A stretch of DNA of 36,159 nucleotides from positions 1-36,159 of the forward strand of contig JBBMKC010196164.1 in NCBI GenBank assembly GCA_037834085.1, written 5' to 3'. The stretch comes from Bipalium vagum. Its lineage: Eukaryota. The position numbers were made by a program, and so were the translations under genes. The notes below the pieces were generated by a model that saw only the letters and a program-made list of their open reading frames with translations, was not told the DNA's origin and ran no database searches. Positions 25,501 to 35,130 of this stretch are shown here, in pieces. Within the stretch, counting starts at the first letter, position 1, and every line of letters begins with the position of its first letter.

Positions 25501-26200
25501 GCTTAAAAGTCATGGGTTTTTAATTTTTTACGTTTATCGTAGTTAAAAAAATAAACATGGATTTGAAAAAAACGGGTTGAAAAAAAATGATCCAATTTTT
25601 TTATTATTTTGATTGATTATCAATATATTATTTTTATAGATAAAGAAAATTTAAATTCTTAGTTTGGTGCATTTCAAATACAACTCAATAATTGTGTAAT
25701 TATATCCTAAAATTCAATTAAAGAAATTTATTAACGAAAACAAGTATTTTTAGGTATTTCTTATAGTATTTTCAACATAATTACCTTGATAAGAATAGAT
25801 AATGAAATAGTTTCCCTTTACTTACTGAGGCGTGATAAATTTTGCGATTTTATGTTAATTCGATTATTTTTTCTAGGCCATTAGCAAGCGCAGCAGCTGA
25901 AAGATTATGGAGTCCATCATTTGTCAATAATGCTGAAAAAGCGGCAGCTCGGCTTGAAGAAATGAGATGTCGAATGTTATTGTTAGAAATACCAATTGTT
26001 ATCGTTAAATAATTTTTGAAAACGATTTTCTATTTCATAGGCGATCGATTCCCAACGGAGTTGTCAGCGGGGCTGGTGATTGCGGTCAGATTACTGAGCG
26101 AGGATCACATAACTCTGATATGCTCACAGAAATTCAAAATACTTCATATGACACCTTGTCAAATATCAGTTCGGCAAGACTGTTCATTCAAGTTTCGTAA
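13959..26200 (+). CDS. Beta-N-acetylhexosaminidase (GH20, HexA/HexB-like), 735 aa, 6 coding exons: 13959-14085, 14133-14332, 14693-14920, 18753-20140, 25877-25981, 26041-26200
   Basis: The exons join in frame through GT-AG junctions (2208 nt including the stop). GH20 motifs: IWPQP, ETWGALRALESLSQL, IQDQPRFKHRGLMLDTARHF, FHWHITDDQSF, RGIRVIPEID, HLGSDE, GGEAATWTE, PRIW|PLASAAAERLWS, EEMRCRML. Confidence 0.93.
14133..14332 (+). CDS. GH20 exon 2 (hydrophilic stem region)
   Basis: Open frame with a strong GTG|GTAAGT donor. Confidence 0.78.
14693..14920 (+). CDS. GH20 exon 3 (start of the Glycohydro_20b2 N-terminal domain)
   Basis: GC-richer coding sequence, IWPQP motif, TTCCAAG| acceptor and CAG|GTGAG donor. 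Confidence 0.88.
15480..15950 (-). mobile_element. Possible decayed Tc1-like 5' fragment in GH20 intron 3
   Basis: Weak HTH-like translation and a TIR-like end near 15945. Heavily degraded. Confidence 0.3.
16465..16506. repeat. (TTA)14 microsatellite
   Basis: Read directly. Confidence 0.97.
16565..17056 (-). mobile_element. About 490-bp non-autonomous Tc1/mariner element (DD41D rosa / DD37D-like)
   Basis: Imperfect TIRs caggctgtccaaaaagtaaccgaac / gtttggttacttttgggactccc. Minus-strand C-terminus CIEVQDGHFEHL*. Confidence 0.7.
18753..20140 (+). CDS. GH20 exon 4 (1388 nt, catalytic TIM barrel)
   Basis: Contains the 434-aa ORF and all core GH20 motifs. CACTTAG| acceptor and ATG|GTAAAA donor. 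Confidence 0.95.
21300..22195 (+). mobile_element. Decayed mariner in GH20 intron 4
   Basis: WYNEFLNGSTS, VFLGAKGKILIDF, LRHHPYSSD, KLKGERYTNKEDLRLAVEEFL...GNYFEK*. TIR-like end ...attgggcgcaccacgTA. Confidence 0.8.
22450..22800 (-). mobile_element. Possible decayed DD37E/Tc1-type HTH fragment
   Basis: LVKFASDKVNVSHRGLSQKHSVAQS followed by a basic YRKRK-like segment. Confidence 0.4.
22934..23130 (-). mobile_element. Mariner 3' end with TIR
   Basis: EFFASKDAAWYNRGIKCLAERWLKALKYIGLYFDE*. TIR TAttagggtgagtcataataactcgcg. Confidence 0.8.
24290..25004 (-). mobile_element. Decayed mariner remnants (catalytic fragment 24290-24420, TIR about 24975-25004) interrupted by unidentified sequence
   Basis: VSWNFNNIMYYELFPCGQSIKS motif. 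TIR-like gcgcgaacttattcaccaatccaaTA. Confidence 0.55.
25877..25981 (+). CDS. GH20 exon 5 (WPLASAAAERLWS...RCRML)
   Basis: Canonical GH20 C-terminal motif, phase 2 at both ends. Confidence 0.92.
26041..26200 (+). CDS. GH20 terminal exon (RSIPNGVVSGAGDCGQ...IQVS*)
   Basis: TTTCATAG| acceptor after a 59-nt intron, conserved terminal Cys, TAA at 26198-26200. Confidence 0.85.
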
Positions 26201-26289
26201 AAAAATATTTTGCCGTATTTTAAAAAATTCATATATTTATAAATAATATCTTATATTTTGAAGTGTAATTAAAATGAATTTCCAAAGTC

Positions 26290-26700
26290 ATTTTTAGATA
26301 TATTGCGAGAAGGTAAAAGAATGTTTTTCAAAATATTTTCCCTCATTGGGAATAAATTTTGCCCATAGAGAATCAAATATTTAGGGAACACAACCTTTGA
26401 ACTTCTCAATAACATCCTTTTTCGAAAATCATTGTACACGAAATTATTTTTCACATATAGAAATAAAAAGAAAATATTAAGATTCAACTCAAGACTATGT
26501 TTTATGATCCATAGATTTGATTTTTGGAACCTCTAAAAGCTTGAATTTTTATTGTAAAGTGTAAACTGGTATTTTCTTTTTGGAATACAATGTCTTCAAT
26601 TTGTCTTCCTTGTTTCTTTAAAGACTTCTGGTAAAACATAATTCTGAATTTACCGTTCTATGAGGCTCTTAAGTCGCGGTCATGACGTCCAATTTTTCAG
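26290..26700 (-). mobile_element. Decayed mariner C-terminal fragment just downstream of the GH20 stop
   Basis: FFLFLYVKN and WAKFIPNEGKYFEK motifs. Confidence 0.5.
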
Positions 26701-26984
26701 TAAAAACAATTTACCATTAGCTTAAGAATGCTTCAAATACAAATGGATTTTATTAATTTTGGCTCATCATGGAAGATCAACATTAGTTCCATTTACAATA
26801 CTCAAAAAACATCCAATCACTTTTTTTTTCATATTTTCTGTTTAGTTTTTTTCTTAATTTTATATAATAAATATTTTAACGTAAAATTTAATCGATTAAA
26901 TTATGTAAGTATTTTTTTAACTCAACTTTTTTGTAAATTAAAATTTTGTGTAATTTCAAATAGCCCAGATTATGAATATAGACA

Positions 26985-27790
26985 AAAATGGTGAAGCCAA
27001 CGGATTTTTAAAAAGGACTGATTGTGGATTGTCAGGAAGAGAAATATCAAAGAAAATTGGGAAAGCTCAGTCGTCAAAAATCCATCAAAGCAGATCTAAG
27101 AATGAATGTTTCACCACAAACCGTCCGTAACAGATTACATAAAGCTGGCTATTACTAGCATTTTCAAGTGAGAAAACCTTTTGTCTCTGCTATTAATCAG
27201 CAAAGACGTTTGGCATGAGCAAAAGAACATCTAAGGTAGAGTAGAAGATTGGAAAAAAGTATTATGGTCAGAGGAGTCACCGTACGTGTTATGCTGTCAG
27301 TACTCTAAACATGTTTAGAGACTTCAAAAACGAAAATGTATTATCAAAAATTAGTTCAAGTTTGAAAACATAAAAGAGATGCAGACCTGTTCAAGAAAGA
27401 TTTTTCGATAGATCCTCCAACAAGACTGACAATCAGTCGAATAAAGGATAAATTCGAAAAAGATTGAACTATTAATAATTTAATATTACAGAACAAAATT
27501 ATTTATAATTTAGACTGGCCATCTCAAAGTCCAGATTTAAATCCTATTGAAAACTTATGGATTTTTTCTGGAAAAACAAGTGACAACAGATGAAAATCGT
27601 TTATTTAAACTTTTGCGCATGGAAAAATTTTAAATCAGATTTCCTCATGGATCTTGTCGAGAGAATGCCAATCCGTAATTGACAATGACGTATTTCCTAC
27701 AAAATATTGCCTTTATTAATTATTAGTGAATTTTTTTAAAAAGTTGTCTTAATTTCATAGTGATCGGATTTTAATAGTGATCGTATTTAA
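26985..27790 (+). mobile_element. Second copy of the Tc1-like family at 7645-9078, with a nested DUF4817/rosa-type HTH fragment (about 27316-27475)
   Basis: Long stretches shared with the 7645-9078 copy (atcaaagcagatctaagaatgaatgtttca...). WPSQSPDLNPIENLW motif. The insert reads DPPTRLTISRIKDKFEKD. Confidence 0.85.
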
Positions 27791-30099
27791 TTTTCTGGTT
27801 CCATATCCATAAATCCAATATTCATTATCTTTAATATTGTAAATCGCTTTTGACGCATACTTTCATAGTTTAAAAGCGGCATTATTTTTGCATCAGCCCA
27901 ATAAACGAAGTTTAAAAAGTTATAATTAGGATAACCAAAAATGCAAAAATTTTCGAAAAAAGTACAAAAATTCTTAAGAATAGTGCAAAAAATGTAATTA
28001 CTTTAAAAATATTGTAAAAAATTTCAAAACCTATTTAGAAAAAATTAGATGTTGATTAAAAAACTTTATTCAACTGTATAGGTATCGGTATTATTCAATC
28101 CGTTAAAATATCAGAATTTTATTTTAAAATTACGTAATTATTAATTATTATTTAAAATTCTTTCTTTTTGATTTATGTAAAATATTTCTATCATTCGTAC
28201 TCAGTAATATCATTCCTTTTGAAATCAGAATTTTTGTATATATTATTATTCTCAACTGCTTTGAGTACCACCTTGAATCCACGGTTCTAGGTCGACTGAA
28301 AAGTTGGAGTTTGATATGTCTTTTGAGATGTGTCTTTCAGCTCATATTAAAGGTAATTTAAAAATCTTTAAAATGATATATTACTTACGGAAATCAATAA
28401 AATGTATCAGCTTTAAATATTACTATTTATAGTGTACACAAAACACACGAACTTTTGGTTCACTCCAATATGATTTCAAAAAGTATTTAATGCAGAATAT
28501 TTTATGAACATCATGGCAAAACAAAATTATAAATATGATCATTGGAATATGCTCTTTATCTCAATGTAATGCAAAACCCTACGTATAGATAAATATATCA
28601 TATTATTCATAACCCAATCAGTTTATCAATATAAAATTGAAATTTTTTATTTGTTATATTTCTCTCATATCTATGTTCAGTATGTCATTCAATATATTCA
28701 TACTTGAATTTTACTAATATTCTTTATATGATAATTTTCGTTTTAAGAAAGAAAAAACAACATAAAATTTTTAACCATATTAAATTAAAAGTAAACATAA
28801 AAAACGATCTGGTTTTTGGATCGTTTACATAAAATCAATCTTATTTTATTTCTTGTTCAATGAAATTGTTTATGATAATATTTATTGATTAAAATTTTTT
28901 AATTGACAATTATTTTTTATACTGTCTAATGTAGCATTATACTTTAAAAGGGCCGTTTTAATAAATAGTTAATTTTTCACATTTATTATTATTAATAATC
29001 AATATTATTTTTAATATTTTACATTACATATAAAGCATATAATAGATCGTTTGATATTGTTAATAATTGTGGTATAAACAAGTAATAATCCTCACGGTGA
29101 AATTCACACTATCGATATTATTCTGCACTGCTTTAAAAACTATTTCCTATATAAGGACTATGTAATGTTTCATGACCTCTAGACAGTAGTAATTTTTGGG
29201 AATTTCCGATTTATGAAATTAAAAATCGGTTTAAATTAATTTTTTGTCACATTTTGAATTTTTAAAGTCACTAACAAACGACAAAACTGAACTTAATTTT
29301 TCCCTTTCTCTATTCTCTGGGAAAAGAAAAACTAAATTTCCCCATTGATGATTTCATTTGTTCATTTAGCTGATCATCAATGTATTCCACAAGGATGCCG
29401 TTATTTTGTTGCTTTTGCTTGCCGTGGTTTTCTTGTGCATTTATTTGAGGCGGCATATTCATTTCTCAACTCGTCGCCTCATGATGATAGTGACTGCTAC
29501 AATGGCATTTTACATTATCGTCTGGATCCTTAGAATATGTTAAACGACGTACGATTCGCAAATGTATTATTTATTCTTCTCTTTTCTGCCATTATCCATT
29601 GTCAGTCTTAACAACAATTGCAAGACTGGTAGAAAACCATGACAGAAAAAAAATGTATATTTTCATTTGATCACGCAATTTTTACAATGGGATAATAATA
29701 ATTAAATCGTCATACTTATCCTTCGAAAGAAACTTCCAATGTAGTCCGTTTACTAATTTTATGGTCGTATCAAATTTACGTAGGGCATTAAAAGTATCAT
29801 TTCTGTTATTCCTTTGTTTTGTTCAATCAATCATGACAGTATGGGCGCTCATTTATTTATGATTTTATGACTAATTTTATCATGACACTCTTTTTGTCAA
29901 TTGTTATATATATATATTATGTCTTGAAATATATTTTGCTTTTACTTTTTCTAACTGATTATTTGCCAGTAGAAAATGCAAATTTTATCATTAATAAAAG
30001 CTGCTTTAATGACAATTGGTATTTTTTATAATCTTAAACGCACTATTCACCTTGTTCACCAAGTCTTTCATCGGTATTTCGTTGGCCTGTCATACTAAG

Positions 30100-30201
30100 C
30101 TGAACTGTCATTGATCAGTACTGATTAACTTTTTATGATACAATAATTGACTGAACTGTCATTGATCAGTACTGATTAACTTTTTATGATACAATAATTG
30201 A
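30100..30201. repeat. Perfect 2 x 51-bp tandem duplication
   Basis: ctgaactgtcattgatcagtactgattaactttttatgatacaataattga at 30100-30150 and 30151-30201. Confidence 0.97.
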
Positions 30202-30558
30202 TTTAAATATGAAATGAAAACTTTTCTATTTAACCTTTGTATTGTATTAAATTTTGATTGGGAATAAAACTTATTCTTCCAATATTCATTTCAATCTCTA
30301 TGAATATTTGCTTAAAATGATCTTTAAGAGATTATTATTTATATTTGTTCAATATTTTTTTATTAAAAATTTTATAGAAAAAGATTTTAAAATCCTGGAA
30401 TTATATAATTTATTTTTGTTTCTTAATTTTTTGTTTGATTTTAATTAATAATTTAATTAAATAAAATTAATTTCTGAAAAACCTTTTTATTTCTTAACGA
30501 TTTTACAACGTACGTCGTGTAAATTCAATAATTCTGTGTAATTTTTCAATTTCTTATA

Positions 30559-31185
30559 TTAGGTTGTCGGATAAGTTCGTTCAGTTTTTTAAGAAAATTA
30601 AAAACATTTATGAAATATATTTCTTATGACATATAAAAGGAAATAAAACAAGAAATCAATCAATTATGTATTCTCCGTTGTTATTCACAAGTGGTAGAAA
30701 TCTGCAGGTTTCGAGTCGAAGAATATATATTTATATTTAACTTTAGTCGATTAAGAATCAATTAAAATGCAATGTCAAGTGGATGAAAAATTCATTACCG
30801 AAAACTTCTTCTTTTTTCCTTTAATAGAGGTGTTAAAGCAGCCAAAGCTGCTCGAGATATCTGTGGCGTATACGGCCGTGATTCCATAACTGAAAGGACA
30901 GCTCAGAAATGGTGTTCAAGATTCAGGGATGGGAATTTTGATATCAATGATCGTGAACGATCCGGTCGTTCGGTTATTTTTGATGAGGAGCTTCTGAACA
31001 AATTTATTTCTACCACAGAGGTATACAAAAAGTTATTCAAAGATGGGAGCAAGTTGTGAATAACAACGGAGAATACATAATTGATTGATTTCTTGTGTTA
31101 TTTCCTTTTTTATGTCATAAGAAATATATTTCATAAATGTTTTTAATTTTCTTAAAAAACCGAACGAACTTATACGACAACCTAA
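30559..31185 (+). mobile_element. 627-bp mariner-derived MITE with 132-bp inverted arms and TA target-site duplication
   Basis: Arms 30559-30690 and 31054-31185 are near-perfect reverse complements, with TA at 30557 and 31186. The internal N-terminal HTH (GVKAAKAARDICGVYG...RSGR) is fused to the C-terminus (FYHRGIQKVIQRWEQVVNNNGEYIID*). Confidence 0.95.
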
Positions 31186-32099
31186 TAATTATGTAATTTT
31201 GCAATTTAATCGGGATTTTTTTTTGGAGTACATTTGAAATTATTTATTATTTTTGTTGGCCTAATACTCCAGATTATTGAGTTAGAAATTTCCCTAATGA
31301 AATTATTTATACCGACAAACTCGATTGTCGTAGTTCGTAGCTTGAATATGGTTTAATTTTATTAAAATTTATCCTGAACAGGGTTTTGTAAATGGGACCT
31401 AATTTTTTTTTCTAATTTTGAGACCTCACGACTCGGTAAGAAATATAAAATGAATTCCGAAAATTGAGAAGTACACTGACAGACAACTCAGAGAAGAGAT
31501 ATAAGGAAGAGATTTTGGGAATATTGTTAATACAAAAGTTATTTTGAAGGATTTTACAAAAGCATATTTGTAAAAGCTTTGAGTAATTAAGGAGTGACTA
31601 AAAATTTTGTAACTAAAAATATTTTTCAAGAGTTGGAATAATTGTATGGATAAAATTGTGCAACTCAATTCGTGAGGTAAATTATTTTCTTTTAATGATC
31701 CGTATTGTCAGAGATTGTGCTTGAATTCCGATTGAATTTGGTACATAACTGGTGACCAAAATTATTGGGTAGCTCACAGATGACTGTGACCGAAATAGTT
31801 TCAAAGTAATTGTCTCTTGTATTTGATTTGTTATATAAATAATTAAAATTTGATTTTCAATAATTTTTTGACATTTTATAATTTTCTTTATTCATATTGG
31901 AGGTTGAGAAATTTTAATTTTGTGATAACATTGACACATTCTGATATTGTATGTTGTATCTTGAGGCATTAATTAGTTTAATAATGGAATAAGTTTTAAG
32001 CTAATCTGCTTGTGATTATTGTTAACAATCACAATAATAAAATTTTGAATGCAGAGTCATGTGTTAACAATTATATTAGGTGAACTTTTGCTTATTAAT

Positions 32100-32220
32100 T
32101 TCTTAATTGGTTAAAACTGTATGATTCCAACAATTTAGAATTGTGGTCGAGCTTATTTGATTCCATGAATTCCGTATTGTGGAGACTTCCAGGCCGAACT
32201 TTATGAATTTAATTCTGTTT
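32100..32220 (-). mobile_element. Pogo/Tigger DDE_1 C-terminal fragment
   Basis: NSWNQISSTTILNCWNHT motif. Confidence 0.6.
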
Positions 32221-32599
32221 TTATTTGGTGCAGAGAAATATAATTTTTATTTTTCAATATTTTATGTAAAGGTTAAAATCCACATTTATTAATTTAATTA
32301 CAAAAAATTAGTTACAAAAAATAATTTAAAATTTAAAAAACTAAAATATAAAAATTATGTACTGTGTAATGAAATAAAAATAAAATATAAATTATAATAA
32401 TTAATTAAAATCATATTTAGATAAGTAATAATAAGATTTCAGTTAAAAAATTTAGTAATAGCAAAAATTTACTAAATAAATAAAGTAAAAAACTTTAATA
32501 AAATTTACAATAAATAGAAAGTATTTTAAAGTTAAAATCTTTAATCCATATTATAGGTGGGTATTATTATTTATAAAATTTTCTTATTTTAAGTTTTTA

Positions 32600-33640
32600 G
32601 TAAATTCTGAATATGCCAAATTTCAGCATGTTATTTGACACTGAGAAAGAAGTGATTAAAGCTTACTACGATGCTGGAAAATCCAACAGATGAATATCAA
32701 ATAAGATCCAGAGAAATGAATGTTCCATCGGTATTATTTAAGAAATGGAGATAGAAAAAAAATAAGAGTGGACCCAAACAAAAGGTTTCTGACAAAACTA
32801 GGTGACTGATTATCCGCAAACCCGGCAATAAATCAATTTCAATTTATACGATTAAAGATGATCTTCAATTAAATGTAAGCAGAAAAAGTATCCGTCGTAT
32901 TTTAAATAAATCTGAAATATTTGAGAAATGAAGACATTATTTTTTTAAAGAGGCACACTGGCCGAGGTTCTTTAATGATTTTGGCCTTCTTCAATTTCTA
33001 TGGCACGTCGAGTCTGGCAATTGTTAACGGTAATCAAAATCAATGGTAGTATCAGAAACACTTGACGGACAATCTACTTCCATTTATCGATAAATTCGGC
33101 AGTCAATTCTGTATTTCAACAAGATAATTACATGTGCCATGTTGCTCGATCAACTTTGGAATGGCTAAAAGAGGAAAATATTCAAGTTATGGACTGGCCA
33201 CCTTACTCTCCGAACCAACAGAAAACTTGTGGGGGTGATGTTTCGTAAGGTCTTAAATGGTGGAAAACAATTCAGTTCCATTGATGAGATAAAATTGCTG
33301 GTTATTCGCTATTGGGAAGACTTTGATAAATCAGTCATCAAAAATTTGGTAAACTCTGTGCCAAATATGGTTTATGATACTATTTATGCTCATGGGAACT
33401 CAATGTGATTTTAAAATTGAATTTGTACCTTTTTTATAAATAAAAACGATTTTTAGGAAAGTGTGGCAATTTTTATTATTTATTTGATAAAGTTATTAAT
33501 ATTAAATATATTTTTTTAAAAAATGTTAACAAATGCTTAGGACACTAATACTTCCTGTTAATTTTTACAACATATAAAATTATTTGTACATAGGATAATG
33601 TCATTTTTGTATTGCGGCAATTAATTTGTGTCGCACTGTA
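32600..33640 (+). mobile_element. Decayed Tc3/Tc1-like element with right TIR
   Basis: EKEVIKAYYDAGKSNR HTH, FQQDN, HVARSTLEWLKEENIQVMDWPPYSP and ENLWG. Ends ...gtcgcactgTA. Confidence 0.85.
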
Positions 33641-34482
33641 ATAACACAAAGTTACTATTATTAAAAATTAAATAATATAAATAATCAGAATAATTAGAAT
33701 AAAGGACACACAAAAATTTACGATACGGACCACAGATGAAAAATCAATACCAGCAGAGTATTTTCAAGAAGAGAAAACCAATTATCAGAAACTAGCAAGA
33801 AACAGACTAGAATTCGCTAGTAGTCCGCATACTCATTAGTATTTAAGAAGCGTCAAATGTTGGTATATATAAAAGAAAAAATACGAGAATCAGCAGCAGA
33901 CAATTTCAAGACCATTCTAGACGATTTTAAAGCAGAAAAGTTAAATATCATAAAATAAAATATAAATTTCTATGATATATTTTTGTTAAACAAAATTCCA
34001 TTATAACTTGGTTATCATTATAACGGGTATATACAATCCTCTTTTAAATATATTTTCAAATACGAATAAGCCGTTGATAAATTAACATTCATTATATTTG
34101 ATATTTAATTTTTCAATTGTCCATTATTATGAGCATCTACGACTCTTTTTGTACATCACTCGTATGCATGTTACACAATAAGATTTTAATTTAAAATAAT
34201 AATTAAAACTGAGTATAAATCTTATTTACGCAAAATTTTAACTATGTAAATAACAATATGTTAAAATTAATGTACTTAATGTACAAAGGAATTAAATAAG
34301 ATTATTGATAAATTATAAAAATTGAAATTAATAAAAAGTGTGTATTTTATGATAAAAATAAATTTTAAGGAACAAAAATCATGGAAAATTCACAAATTAA
34401 AATTGTATGAGAAAAAGCATAAAAATGATGACCTGTGTTAATATTTAGAATCAATATCACCAGATAAGCTATAAATAAAGTA

Positions 34483-35130
34483 TTAGGGTGTCCCATAAAA
34501 AATAAGCGTTTTGAATAAAAAATTCTTTTTAAAATTTTATTGCACAAAACAAATATCAGTTACTAAAATAATATCTATCATTTGCACAAACCAGGGCCCC
34601 ACGTTCTGCAATTTTTTGGATCCCACTTTTGTACCAATCCCATGGTTTGGAGTCGAAGAAAAGTTGGAGGTTTTTCTGAAGGTCTTCATTATTTTCATTT
34701 ATATTTATATTTATTTTCATTTTCATTTTCATTTTCATTATTTTAATGTGCCATGGAACGAAACAGATGAAAGTCAGAGGCTGCAATGTCTGGCGAGTAA
34801 GGCGGATGCGGTAAGAGTTCGATTCCGTCTATGTTTAATCTGATCTGGGCCTTCAATTTCAGCAATAAATTGAGTGGCTTCCGCTGCACACATTTTTCTT
34901 TTCCAATAGTGCAGTAAAATAATCAAAATTTCATATTTTACTGTCATCTTTCGCGCTATTAATTTCAATATTAAAACAAGATATAATAAAAATATAACTT
35001 ACTGTTTTATTCAGAAAATTTTAAATAATCAAAATAAATAATCAATGTTTTATATTTATTAATTCAAGAACATTTTTTCTTTAATTTATGTCATTATATC
35101 AAAACGCTCATTTTTTATGGGACACCCTAA
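34483..35130 (-). mobile_element. 648-bp internally deleted mariner (MITE) with about 32-bp TIRs and TA TSD
   Basis: TIRs ttagggtgtcccataaaaaataagcgttttga / tcaaaacgctcattttttatgggacaccctaa. N-terminal LLHYWKRKMCAAEATQFIAEIEG and C-terminal FFDSKPWDWYKSGIQKIAER. Confidence 0.92.

Noticed and set aside
30100-30201. Palindromic repeat as a CRISPR-like array
   Set aside because: Only two abutting units, no spacers, eukaryotic context.
33690-33950. Possible MULE transposase remnant (FKTILDDFK)
   Set aside because: A single weak motif is not enough to call a feature.
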